64,000 nt of DNA, taken from the IMG/VR virus record IMGVR_UViG_2913147268_000005, one strand, 5' to 3'. This DNA comes from a virus. Its lineage: Duplodnaviria; Heunggongvirae; Uroviricota; Caudoviricetes. Each line of letters starts with the position of its first letter. Positions within the stretch are counted from its first letter, which is position 1. A program made the position numbers and the translations under genes. Under the pieces are notes generated by a model. That model worked only from the letters and a program-made list of their open reading frames with translations, was not told the DNA's origin and did not search any database. Below are positions 38,032-47,537 of the stretch, one piece after another.

Positions 38032-38294
38032 CCATTCTGGACTACATCGCTACTCATCCGGGGTGTAGCGGCGGAGAGATCGCCGCAGCACTGAATACTC
38101 CAACCACAGCCATTAATGCTGAGTTACGCCAACTTTGGCGCGGCGGCTTAGTCATCAGAACAAACCGCAGCACAGGTGGTCGCGCTCGCAAAACTGGAGG
38201 CCAGGCTTCTTACCACGTAAACCCGATGCCGTTCGGGTGTAGCAATCCACTTACTCACATGTTTAACCAGCTACTGAAGGAAGCCAGAACATGA
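38028..38294 (+). CDS. Winged-helix DNA-binding protein (88 aa)
   Basis: HPGCSGGEIAAAL motif shared with the N-terminus of the 8829-9323 protein. Confidence 0.5.
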   Translation: MTILDYIATHPGCSGGEIAAALNTPTTAINAELRQLWRGGLVIRTNRSTGGRARKTGGQASYHVNPMPFGCSNPLTHMFNQLLKEART

Positions 38295-38590
38295 GCACCA
38301 TCAACCACCAGAAGCTACGCGAACTGGCATTTGCCCTGCAACGAATGGCAACACCTCAAAAATTACTGGCATTTCGCGCAATGCTCTCGCCGTCTGCTGC
38401 GCTGGCATTGCTGGATGAGCTGGAGCACGCCAGAACCACGGCTCCTGCCATTCGCCTGACGCTCCATCATGAAATCGCTGATTTCTGCGCGACATTGGAG
38501 GTGCCAGGCGAACCGGAAACGCCGGAAGCAATACAGCAAGAGCTGCTGCAACGTATTGACAAGGTTTTTGATTTTTTTCTGAACCAGTAA
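38291..38590 (+). CDS. Hypothetical protein (99 aa)
   Basis: ORF overlapping the upstream gene by 4 nt. Confidence 0.5.
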   Translation: MSTINHQKLRELAFALQRMATPQKLLAFRAMLSPSAALALLDELEHARTTAPAIRLTLHHEIADFCATLEVPGEPETPEAIQQELLQRIDKVFDFFLNQ

Positions 38591-38713
38591 GAAACCAGAG
38601 CATGCACACACAAAAAAACCGCTTGCCATGCCGCAATCAGTCAGGTTACATTTCCGCTGCACCTCATAAAACGGGTGCCGGGTTTCGCAGCCTGCTGACT
38701 ACACAAGCGCACA

Positions 38714-38733
38714 ACCGCGCCAGCGGTTTTTTT
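38714..38733 (+). terminator. Intrinsic terminator candidate (ACCGC-GCCA-GCGGT plus T7)
   Basis: Hairpin plus T-run about 125 nt after the 38291-38590 gene. Confidence 0.45.
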
Positions 38734-38912
38734 GTGCGTACTGTATTGCCACGTTTTTTTCGCGTCAGAATTATGGCGGGGCGTACGGGGCCGACTTCGG
38801 TCGGGCCGGGTTCTTGTGTAGCCGGTACTGCGAACCTCGTACGTCTCGCCACCCACAGTTTCGCAGCTCTGGATGGTGAGTTTTCACAACTTACTACACA
38901 AGGGGCCACACC

Positions 38913-39143
38913 ATGGCAAACCGCAAACAGCACCGCGCTATCGCGGAGCGTCGTCACATCCAGACTGAAATCAACCGCAGACTTTCCCGCGCATCACGCG
39001 TCGCGCAAATCATGCACATCAATATGCTGCATGAGCGCAGCCACGCACTATCAAACATTTATTCCGCCTCTGTTTTCAGCTATCTGGCGGATGATCTGCA
39101 CGAGCTTCAACAGCTCATCCAGCAGCAAAACAAACTCCATTAA
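38913..39143 (+). CDS. Hypothetical small basic protein (76 aa)
   Basis: ORF with protein-like composition; overlapped by a longer low-complexity frame that I reject. Confidence 0.35.
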   Translation: MANRKQHRAIAERRHIQTEINRRLSRASRVAQIMHINMLHERSHALSNIYSASVFSYLADDLHELQQLIQQQNKLH

Positions 39144-39215
39144 TTCCTGTTCCGGGCCTTTCCTGCACCTTGCGGCGGGAGGCCTTCGCACATCTGTAAC
39201 AAGAGGATTGCCGCA

Positions 39216-39581
39216 ATGATTCTCGCCAACGACTTTCTTGAATACCTGCTCAATACAGAACGTGATCTTGCCGCTCGCGTGCGTGATCGTTATGACATGT
39301 ACCTGAAATCCCTGCCTGTACCGCAGCTCGCTGACGGAAAGATTGTTATTGATGGTCGCTACATGATTGACAGCCACGAGGGAAATTACAGGCTTTACCG
39401 CATTGAAGGTGGCACCCCGTCCGTTATTGGCATTTACCAGCGCCCATCCTCTGCAATCGTCGATGTGATTGCCGACAGCATCCGCATCACACATCGCCAT
39501 GCCGACACAGAAGACACCGTGCTGGAAATTCAGCGGCTGGCTACAGTCTGCCGCGACACCCTGAATGGCATGACGAAGTAA
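39216..39581 (+). CDS. Hypothetical protein (121 aa) immediately upstream of the replication gene
   Basis: ORF ending 6 nt before the gpA-like start. Confidence 0.5.
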   Translation: MILANDFLEYLLNTERDLAARVRDRYDMYLKSLPVPQLADGKIVIDGRYMIDSHEGNYRLYRIEGGTPSVIGIYQRPSSAIVDVIADSIRITHRHADTEDTVLEIQRLATVCRDTLNGMTK

Positions 39582-39587
39582 ATCACT

Positions 39588-42410
39588 ATGACGGCAGAGT
39601 ACCTCAGGGACTGGCAACAACCGCGCCACGCAGTGGGGCGTGAAGGAACGGGGATCCCCGCTCCTGAATCCGCGCTTTCCTCCTGGCTGGATGCCTACCG
39701 GGCAGAGAACGAGCGCCGCCAGGAAATGGCTGATGCGGCGTTCTCAGCCACGCCGCTGGGCAACCTGATTAATAAAAGCCTGGACGCACAGGAAAAACAG
39801 GACAAAACCATCACACTGGCAGGAGACGCCAGAAAACAGGCACGTGGCGCGGTGGATGAAGCCATGGCCTCGCTGCGCCTGCTGCCGTCCTATCTGCGCG
39901 ATCCGCTTATTCGCCACCTCTCCTTCCTGCGCAAAAAACAGGAAGCCGATCGCCGGAAAGGCAAAAAGAGCTGGCAGGCGGAACGCTATGCACGCGGAAC
40001 CCTGCGCAAAATATTCGAACGTCTGGATAGCACTGACGGACGCTGGCTGACACCGGGTTATCGCTCCCTTGCCGGACGCGAACGCCTGGACGATTTGCTT
40101 TACCTGCCGCAGCTCAACAAACACCAGATACAGACGCTGGCCACCATGACGGCGGCGATGTTCAGCAGCACCTTCGAAAAACTCTGCGATGGCTTTGGCG
40201 CGACCGATGGCGAGCTGACCATGGATGTAACCCTGAAGGCGTATCAGATGCTGGCCCGCATGGCGTTACACCTGCACGCCATGCCTCCACATTATGACGC
40301 ACTGACAACAGACAAAGACCGGAGGAACGAACCGGACACGGAGCTGCTGCCGGGCGCAATCCTTCGCCTGACCTGTGCGGAATGGTGGAAACGCAAACTG
40401 TGGCTGTTACGTTGCGAGTGGAGAGAAGAACAACTCCGCGCCGCCTGTCTGGTTTCCAGAAAAACATCACCCTATCTGAGCCAGGACGCGTTAAGCGAGT
40501 TTCGCGCACAGCGCGAGAAAACACGCGATTTCCTGAAAAGTTTCATGCTGGAAAATGAAGACGGGTTCACGATTGATCTCGAGACAGTGTATTACGCGGG
40601 AGTAAGTAACCCGGTTCACCGTAAGGCAGAAATGATGGCCACCATGAAGGGACTGGAACTTCTGGCCGAAGCCCGTGGCGACAAAGCGGTGTTTCTGACT
40701 GTCACCTGCCCGTCAAAATACCACGCCACAACGGAGAACGGTCATCCGAATCCCAAATGGAACGGGGCCACAATGCGCGACTCCAGCGATTACCTGGTTA
40801 ACACGTTTTTTGCGGCGGTCCGCAAAAAACTGAACCGCGACGGCCTGCGCTGGTATGGCATCCGCACGGTGGAGCCTCATCATGACGGCACCGTGCACTG
40901 GCATATGATGGTCTTTGCACATCCGGAAGAAATCGACACCATTGTGTCCCATACCCGCGATATTGCCATTCAGGAAGACCGCCACGAGCTGGGCAATGAT
41001 ATTACTCCGCGCTTTAAGGTGGAGTATGTCGACGGCTCAAAAGGCACGCCAACCAGCTACATCGCCACCTACATCGGAAAGAACCTGGACAGCCGCGCCG
41101 TGGATGGCATCGACCCGAAAACGGGCAAGCCACGCGTGGACCACGAAACCGGAAAATCAATGGCCGAGAGCGTGGAGCGCGCCATCGGCTGGGCGCGCCT
41201 TCACCGGGTCCGTCAGTTCCAGTTCTTTGGCATCCCCTCCCGTCAGGTGTGGCGTGAACTGCGCCGCCTTGCCAGCCAGATGGCACGCAATCCGGAAGGC
41301 CCGCAACGGCTGAAAGATGATGCAATGGATGCGGTACTCGCTGCCGCCGATGCCGGGTGTTTTGCCACCTACATTGAAAAACAGGGTGGCGTGCTTGTTC
41401 CACGCAAGGACTACCTGATTCGCACCGCCTACGACCTCGCAGATGAGCTGAACGATTACGGCGAACAGAGCGTACAGATTTACGGGATCTGGTCACCACT
41501 CATCGGGGAATCCTCCCGTGTGTGCACGCATCCGGATAACTGGAAGCTGGTAAGACGTAAACCGGAAGCGGAAGACAGCGCCCGCGAAAATGGTTTTGAC
41601 CTTCAGGGCGGCCCTGCCGCCCCTTGGACTCGTGGCAATAACTGTCCCCGTGTACAGGAAACGGACAACAACGGGACAGAACAGCCGGAAGAACGGCCAG
41701 CACCGTGGCCGCAGCTCCCTGACGGCGTTGAAGTGAACGAATGGATGCGCTCACTGAAACGACACGAACGCCGGGCGCTGATGCGTTCGCTTCGTGACAA
41801 ACAGGCAAAAAACAGCAGCGATGAAATGCAGAGCTGGACACAGAGCCGCAAACAGCAGCGGCCTTTGCCTGATAACCACGAATTACTCGCTAAAGAATGG
41901 CGGGAGTCTGCTGAATCTCTCGGCCTGCATATCGGTGAACAACAGATGCAGCACCTGTTACGGGGCGGCAGTCTGTACGTTGACGGCAGCATCATTGCAC
42001 CGCAGGGATTTGAAATTGTACGCAAACCGGATACCCGCCCGGACAGCCGAATCACGCAGCTCTGGCAGCGCCTGAGCCGTAATCATGGCGTAAGCAGCAC
42101 GGAGATCCGCCATAACCCGGTCGCCAGCTATCTGGCACAGCTGGGGGCATCAGACCCTGAAGCCGCCGCACGCCTGGCATCCACACTTCAGCAGGGCCAG
42201 AACACCATGAAAACACCCGTTACCGTGCTTTCTGACATGCTGCGCGCCATCCGCGACGCAGAGCACGCACAGAGAATCAGTGAAACCACTGAACGCGCCA
42301 GCCGCAAAGCAGACCTGCTGCGGGGTGGCCTGACCAGTGGAAACAAAAAACAGACAGAAACGGGACTTACGAATCCCGTAAATGAGCAAAAAACGCGCAG
42401 CGATATATGA
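39588..42410 (+). CDS. Rolling-circle replication endonuclease, P2 gpA family
   Basis: 940 aa; HUH-type motif (GTVHWHMMVF) and paired tyrosines (SYIATYIGK). Confidence 0.8.
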   Translation: MTAEYLRDWQQPRHAVGREGTGIPAPESALSSWLDAYRAENERRQEMADAAFSATPLGNLINKSLDAQEKQDKTITLAGDARKQARGAVDEAMASLRLLPSYLRDPLIRHLSFLRKKQEADRRKGKKSWQAERYARGTLRKIFERLDSTDGRWLTPGYRSLAGRERLDDLLYLPQLNKHQIQTLATMTAAMFSSTFEKLCDGFGATDGELTMDVTLKAYQMLARMALHLHAMPPHYDALTTDKDRRNEPDTELLPGAILRLTCAEWWKRKLWLLRCEWREEQLRAACLVSRKTSPYLSQDALSEFRAQREKTRDFLKSFMLENEDGFTIDLETVYYAGVSNPVHRKAEMMATMKGLELLAEARGDKAVFLTVTCPSKYHATTENGHPNPKWNGATMRDSSDYLVNTFFAAVRKKLNRDGLRWYGIRTVEPHHDGTVHWHMMVFAHPEEIDTIVSHTRDIAIQEDRHELGNDITPRFKVEYVDGSKGTPTSYIATYIGKNLDSRAVDGIDPKTGKPRVDHETGKSMAESVERAIGWARLHRVRQFQFFGIPSRQVWRELRRLASQMARNPEGPQRLKDDAMDAVLAAADAGCFATYIEKQGGVLVPRKDYLIRTAYDLADELNDYGEQSVQIYGIWSPLIGESSRVCTHPDNWKLVRRKPEAEDSARENGFDLQGGPAAPWTRGNNCPRVQETDNNGTEQPEERPAPWPQLPDGVEVNEWMRSLKRHERRALMRSLRDKQAKNSSDEMQSWTQSRKQQRPLPDNHELLAKEWRESAESLGLHIGEQQMQHLLRGGSLYVDGSIIAPQGFEIVRKPDTRPDSRITQLWQRLSRNHGVSSTEIRHNPVASYLAQLGASDPEAAARLASTLQQGQNTMKTPVTVLSDMLRAIRDAEHAQRISETTERASRKADLLRGGLTSGNKKQTETGLTNPVNEQKTRSDI

Positions 42411-42486
42411 AGCGCGCACAAAACAGGCAAAAACGGGATTTCAGAATCCCGTAAACGATTAATTAATCAACATAAGGAAAAGCGAC

Positions 42487-43446
42487 ATGAAAATTTGTAT
42501 CGACGACGGCTCCACCAACATCAAGCTGGCATGGACTGAGAATGGCGAACGCCGCAACGCCATCAGCCCGAACAGCTTCAAGTCGGAATGGTCTGCGCCG
42601 TTCGGTGGCATGCAGCCCGCGAACTACATGCTTGATGGCGTGCGCTATGGTTTTGATCCGGTTAGCGATCGCTTTGTCCAGACGACCGACACGCAATACC
42701 AGTACAGCGATGTGAATGTAATCGCCATTCATCACGCGCTGGTCAAATCAGGCATCACGCCACAGGAGGTGGATGTGGTTGTCACCCTGCCACTGAGCGA
42801 GTATTTCGACACAAACGCACAGCCGGACATGGCCAACATCAACCGCAAAAAAGCGAACGTTATGCGCCCGGTGGAATACCAGAACGGCGAAGCATTCACT
42901 ATCCGTAACGTGCGGGTTATGCCTGAATCCATTCCGGCTGGCTTTAAAGCACTGGCTGACATGAGTCCGTTTGAATCCCTGCTGATTGTGGATTTAGGCG
43001 GAACCACGCTGGATGTGGCAAAGGTTCAAGGGCAACTGGCAGGTATCAGCCAGGTGTTTTGCGATCCACACGTAGGCGTTTCCCTGATGGCCGATGCCGT
43101 ACTGTCGGTGATGGCCACTAACGGTATGCGCACCAGTCACCACATCGCCAATACCATTATCGAACATCGCCATGATGAAGCCTGGCTGCGCCAGCACATC
43201 CACAATGACGCGCATTACGCCAGCCTGATGGCGGTTATTCGTGAAAAGGAAGAAACACTGAAACAACGCGTGATCCGCGCGCTGGCGGTTTTTTCGGGTT
43301 ACGGGCGGGTGATGGTTGTCGGTGGAGGGGCGGAGATTGTGGCACCCGCTATCCGCGAAGTCTGCGGAGTTAATGCGACTTTCATCGCGGACGGGGTGCC
43401 ACAGTTTGCTCTGGTTAATGGGCTGTACGCAATGGACAAGGAGTAA
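42487..43446 (+). CDS. ParM/StbA-like actin-fold ATPase
   Basis: Phosphate-1 (KICIDDGSTNIKLAW) and phosphate-2 (LIVDLGGTTLDVA) motifs of the actin/Hsp70 fold; 319 aa. Confidence 0.7.
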   Translation: MKICIDDGSTNIKLAWTENGERRNAISPNSFKSEWSAPFGGMQPANYMLDGVRYGFDPVSDRFVQTTDTQYQYSDVNVIAIHHALVKSGITPQEVDVVVTLPLSEYFDTNAQPDMANINRKKANVMRPVEYQNGEAFTIRNVRVMPESIPAGFKALADMSPFESLLIVDLGGTTLDVAKVQGQLAGISQVFCDPHVGVSLMADAVLSVMATNGMRTSHHIANTIIEHRHDEAWLRQHIHNDAHYASLMAVIREKEETLKQRVIRALAVFSGYGRVMVVGGGAEIVAPAIREVCGVNATFIADGVPQFALVNGLYAMDKE

Positions 43447-43450
43447 ACCA

Positions 43451-43765
43451 ATGACGACACCAACCAGACGGATAAGTTTCTATCTGAAGCCCGCCGCCGT
43501 CAAGAGTGAACAGGAGGCGTGCAATTACCTCGATAGCCTGCCAGCCTCCGAACGCAGCCGCGCGCAACGCGCGGCCTTTCTGGCTGGGCTAGCGCTCATA
43601 AAGCGCAACCCAGCATTTGCCTACTGGATGGCCGAATGGCCAGAGGACAACCTCCCCTTCAATACCGTTAGCATCAAGGAAACATACCAGGATAATCAGC
43701 CTAGCGGAGTTGAATGCAATTTTTATAAAATAAAAAAGAATATTCAGACCTTATTCCCAGAATAA
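43451..43765 (+). CDS. Small protein downstream of the ParM-like gene (ParR-like adaptor candidate)
   Basis: ATG at 43451 behind a GGAGTAAACC RBS; N-terminal RISFYL beta-strand-like start; assignment is positional only. Confidence 0.4.
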   Translation: MTTPTRRISFYLKPAAVKSEQEACNYLDSLPASERSRAQRAAFLAGLALIKRNPAFAYWMAEWPEDNLPFNTVSIKETYQDNQPSGVECNFYKIKKNIQTLFPE

Positions 43766-43848
43766 TCTGATAATTGTATGTGAACTAATAAAATACAGAC
43801 CAACACATCATTCTGGCACCCTTGCTAACAGGGTGCCAATGTTTCAAA

Positions 43849-44691
43849 TCATGATGAAATTGCCGAAGTTTTTTTATCGTGCTGAAGTACCGCAAATGCC
43901 ATTAAAACCTCAAGAGAATAGCGGCGATAATACTTAACAAAACCATAATAAAATACTCGGGATGCAGCAATACAAAACAAGAGAAGAAAACAAAAAGGTA
44001 ACAGTCTGATATTTATATCTATTAAAAAGGATAGAAGGAGCAGGAACATAAGCAACCAGACTGAAGCGAGAAAAACAAATGTAATGTTTCTACAAAAACC
44101 ATACAAAGCAACATAGTTTTGCATTTTCACCTGATGATTTTTAGAATGTTCATACACATAATGATAAGCAAGGCGAAAAAGATCGCCCCTCAAGCCCTTA
44201 CGTCGATATAGCGTAGATACAGAAAAAACATTTATATAACCATCTCGTATTTGCGGCCAAAAGACTTTAATAAGTATAGAATGCAGTGTGGTTTTATGAT
44301 GTTCTGCTTTATCAAAAGCTGATACAGGAAATAAAAAAACTCCACGAATAAAATTAACTATACTGAACTTAGTATTATGTCGTTTTATTTTCAGGGAGCT
44401 TCTTTTAGAAAACAGATAAATTGAAGGATACCCAAGTTTACTGTTCATGTATTTTTCAATTAAACAGGATGATAGAATAGATATGAAGTGACCTGAAATA
44501 TATGATAGAACGATTAATACCACATATATAAATACACTTATTATTTCTTTATATTTCAGGATATGGTTAAGAATACCTTCTATATAAACAGGGTTAATTT
44601 CAATAGAAAACAAAAAAAGGATAAACAGGAATAACCCACCTGGAATTAGATAGCCCAAAAAGTCATAAAATGAAAACGGATTCTGTGTCAC
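43849..44691 (-). CDS. Multi-pass membrane protein (280 aa), AT-rich cargo
   Basis: GTG start behind an AGGGGGAAGT RBS; two N-terminal and two C-terminal hydrophobic helices around a ~120-aa loop; second gene of a two-gene operon. Confidence 0.55.
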   Translation of the reverse strand: MTQNPFSFYDFLGYLIPGGLFLFILFLFSIEINPVYIEGILNHILKYKEIISVFIYVVLIVLSYISGHFISILSSCLIEKYMNSKLGYPSIYLFSKRSSLKIKRHNTKFSIVNFIRGVFLFPVSAFDKAEHHKTTLHSILIKVFWPQIRDGYINVFSVSTLYRRKGLRGDLFRLAYHYVYEHSKNHQVKMQNYVALYGFCRNITFVFLASVWLLMFLLLLSFLIDINIRLLPFCFLLLFCIAASRVFYYGFVKYYRRYSLEVLMAFAVLQHDKKTSAISS

Positions 44692-44730
44692 ACTTCCCCC
44701 TGTGTTACTTGTAAATTAAAGGGTAAAACA

Positions 44731-45228
44731 TTATTTGTTTTTCCGTAAAGGATTAGCTTTCCATCTTCTTACTAACCATTCGAATTCTTGATATGTAGTA
44801 TCCGAATTAATGCTTTCTCTGATTGCTTTAATTAATGGCTCGGCAATATCATATGTCTCTACAACTGTTGTGTAAGATGTTCTTTTTATCATTTTTTCAT
44901 CATAAATACCTTCACGAATACTTACAGCAACTCGCTCGTAAAAATTTAAAATATATTGAAATTTTCGACGCTCGGCCATTTCTTCATCTGTTATTATGCA
45001 ACCATCACAAGGAAAAACATAAGAACGAAATGATTTGCCTGAACGATGCACTTGTTTCAGGGTATGCAATGACTCTATATATTGCATATCTTGCCGACTC
45101 TCAAAAAGAAAGTTGGCCGTTTGAGTTTTTTTTGCGGTACGCACATTGTAGATAATGGTTCCAATGGCAACCAAAACGCCAAGCAGAACAATAGCATTGC
45201 TGATGATTTGTAGTGTTATTGGGTTCAT
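44731..45228 (-). CDS. N-terminally membrane-anchored protein (165 aa), AT-rich cargo
   Basis: One N-terminal TM helix (LQIISNAIVLLGVLVAIGTIIY) then a soluble domain containing CDGC; first gene of the operon. Confidence 0.55.
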   Translation of the reverse strand: MNPITLQIISNAIVLLGVLVAIGTIIYNVRTAKKTQTANFLFESRQDMQYIESLHTLKQVHRSGKSFRSYVFPCDGCIITDEEMAERRKFQYILNFYERVAVSIREGIYDEKMIKRTSYTTVVETYDIAEPLIKAIRESINSDTTYQEFEWLVRRWKANPLRKNK

Positions 45229-45248
45229 CCTATTTCATCCATAAAAAA

Positions 45249-45275
45249 GGCGGGGAGCAAATCCCCGCCTCATTA
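45249..45275 (-). terminator. Hairpin (GGCGGGGA/TCCCCGCC) plus U6 on the minus strand, about 15 nt upstream of the 44731-45228 RBS
   Basis: Perfect 8-bp stem with 5-nt loop; T-run on the minus strand. Confidence 0.55.
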
Positions 45276-45426
45276 GAGGTCAACGTAGCTTAGAAACCAT
45301 CAAATTCATCATACATTTTTTTCATATCAACCCCCTCATAGAAATCATAACCACGTTTTGTGGTTTTTGTGACGTATAAACTACATCAAAGGCAAGCCAC
45401 GGTCAAATATATAGGCATGCTTACCT

Positions 45427-45453
45427 GCACAAAAGTGCACAAATTTGCACAAT
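45427..45453. promoter_or_regulatory. Three direct TGCACAA repeats with 10-bp phasing
   Basis: TGCACAAaagTGCACAAattTGCACAA read on the plus strand; a TATATT -10-like hexamer lies downstream on the minus strand. Confidence 0.5.
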
Positions 45454-45951
45454 TTTTTTGAACGACTTTTTACCCTTCCGGCCCGCATGGCGGCTGGATC
45501 CGTCAAGGATCCGTGCGTGCACAAAAAAACGCGCTTTTTCTGCGCGCAGGTGACGGGGGAACAGCCCGCGTTTCAGGGGGTAAATAGCATTCCCTGAACG
45601 ATGTCGCAGAGACACAACAGAATGGCCATATTTCTCACGCTGAGCATGAAAAAGGCGTGAGGGCTTTTGATTTGATGGGGTGAAAGGTAAGGCCGTCAAA
45701 ATCGCACTGAGGCAGCGAGAACATGCAGTCAACGCGGTGGAATTGCGTAAGAGTCTGACCGTCGATGGTGGCGATAAACTGGAAGGCGTCGTGAAATTAT
45801 CTGATTGATACAGGAGCTGGAGAGCCGGGGCATAAATTTTTTATGCCCCGGCGAAGCAGCAGACAAGCGAAGCGCGTCAGCGATACGGCACCTTGCCGAC
45901 CATACTTCATAAGTGCAAAATACGAGCAAAGAAATCAATGGAGGCTGTCTT

Positions 45952-46476
45952 ATGGTCATTAATTACAAGCAGTTAAGAGAAAAACGGGAGCAGGTAAAGG
46001 AGAGCTTTCGCCGCAATGAAGATCTGACCCCGCTTGTACGCCTTGCCCAGGGCATTGTTGATGCTTATGAAATCTCGCTGGAGCTGCCATCACAGACCTG
46101 GACAGATAGCGACGGTAATCGCCAGCATTACGTTTCATGCGGACTGGAAGCAGCCGAAGGATTTCGCAGAATGCCTTTATCCCAGATCCCTGCCGCTACC
46201 CCCAAAGCACGGGGCAGCAATGATGAGCGAAAACTGACTTTTAGTATTGAAACGGTGGTTGACGACACACCTGGCGAAGTCGCGTTCGTGCACACTCCTG
46301 TTTCGATCGCAATGTATAACGATGAAATACAGGTTCGCGTTAATAATAATATCGTGCCACTTAAAGAAGGTAATTCACCCTACACCACCGTTTGTGAAGC
46401 CATTCAATATTACGTTCTCTCTGAAATTGATAATCTCAAGCCTGACGGCACCCAGAAAATGGTTCAACTCTGGTAA
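45952..46476 (+). CDS. Hypothetical protein (174 aa)
   Basis: ATG at 45952 with GGAGG RBS 7 nt upstream; followed directly by a strong terminator hairpin. Confidence 0.5.
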   Translation: MVINYKQLREKREQVKESFRRNEDLTPLVRLAQGIVDAYEISLELPSQTWTDSDGNRQHYVSCGLEAAEGFRRMPLSQIPAATPKARGSNDERKLTFSIETVVDDTPGEVAFVHTPVSIAMYNDEIQVRVNNNIVPLKEGNSPYTTVCEAIQYYVLSEIDNLKPDGTQKMVQLW

Positions 46477-46483
46477 AAAGGAC

Positions 46484-46510
46484 AGCCCCATCACGGGGCT
46501 GTTTTTTCAT
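46484..46510. terminator. Bidirectional intrinsic terminator (CAGCCCC-ATCAC-GGGGCTG plus T6)
   Basis: Perfect 7-bp stem flanked by an A-run and a T-run between two convergent genes. Confidence 0.6.
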
Positions 46511-47537
46511 CAAGAAGAGCATAAGAGTTAAAACGGATCACCTCTTCGCCAAGCCAGTCATTGATGTGCTTCATAGCCTCCATAACGGGCATCAGCTCGT
46601 TAATTGCGTAAACCCGCGCTGCCTTCTCCACATCGCCAAACGCACTTTTTTCGCCCGGCATCGCCCCCATCAGTTGCGGCGGAACGCGGTGCGCAGCCAG
46701 CACATCATCACGGGATGCCGCCTTAACATTCATGAATTCATCTTTTGCGGTGATCTGCTGGAACGGCAAAATTTGCACCCCCTCTTTGCCCCCGTTGGGC
46801 GCATGAATGAGCACGTTTTTAAACGCACCACCACCACGTGCCCCCTGTAGCGTTTCTTTCAGGGAGTCCATGCTTTCGCGGTTTACCTGCGCTGCACCGA
46901 TGTAGATGATGCACCCGGCGTGGGATCCGTTGTCGTAGTACAGTTTTCTGAACATGTCCGCCGAATGAGAAAGGCTGGCCGAGAGTAATGCGCCAAGATA
47001 TTCCGGCATGCCGTAGATTTCCTGGTTAATATCCGGATTCATCAGGTGGCACACTTTGCCAGGACGAAACTGAAACGCGTCCTTGCCATCCTGCACATAC
47101 CACCATGATTCAAGATCGCTTCCGCGTCGCATGTATTTCGCCAGGGCGTGCCGTAATTTAAGCGGTTCGCCGAGCATATTGCTTCGAAGCTCAAGGAATG
47201 CGTTACCGAACACAAACCAGTCCAGCGCCAGCGCCGAGAAATCCTGCCGGGAAAGCAGCGGGTGCGGGATGTAGCAACCGAGTAATACATTGCGCTTAAA
47301 GTAAAGCGCAGACTGATGCCAGGACGTTTGCCGGGCTGCTCTTGCCAGACCGTACCAGTCCACCGGGGTTTCATACCACCGCCCGTTATCAGCACAGTAC
47401 ATATTGTCCAGCAGGTCATGCCCGGTCAGGCGATAAGGACCATCAAATGTGAATGCACTGAGCGATGATTCTTTCCTGAGCGCATCAGCGAGATCAATGC
47501 GTGAACTCATGCGCACTTTTTTATTTTTTCTGCTCAT
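46491..47537 (-). CDS. Portal protein (P2 gpQ-like)
   Basis: 348 aa; adjacent to and divergent from the scaffold/capsid genes, as in P2. Confidence 0.85.
   Translation of the reverse strand: MSRKNKKVRMSSRIDLADALRKESSLSAFTFDGPYRLTGHDLLDNMYCADNGRWYETPVDWYGLARAARQTSWHQSALYFKRNVLLGCYIPHPLLSRQDFSALALDWFVFGNAFLELRSNMLGEPLKLRHALAKYMRRGSDLESWWYVQDGKDAFQFRPGKVCHLMNPDINQEIYGMPEYLGALLSASLSHSADMFRKLYYDNGSHAGCIIYIGAAQVNRESMDSLKETLQGARGGGAFKNVLIHAPNGGKEGVQILPFQQITAKDEFMNVKAASRDDVLAAHRVPPQLMGAMPGEKSAFGDVEKAARVYAINELMPVMEAMKHINDWLGEEVIRFNSYALLDEKTAP

Noticed and set aside
38602-39219. 205-aa ORF spanning the region between early genes of the P2-like module
   Set aside because: Ser/Thr/Ala/Arg-rich low-complexity translation, crosses a terminator hairpin and overlaps a better small ORF (38913-39143); treated as non-coding
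45421-45732. 103-aa minus-strand ORF in the GC-rich intergenic region
   Set aside because: Overlaps the TGCACAA repeat array and has Arg/Ser-rich composition; region interpreted as regulatory, possibly a cos region
45680-45810. Short plus-strand ORF (about 42 aa, GTG start) encoding KGKAVKIALRQREHAVNAVELRKSLTVDGGDKLEGVVKLSD
   Set aside because: Protein-like but below reliable size and without a clear RBS; flagged only as a possible small protein, not annotated
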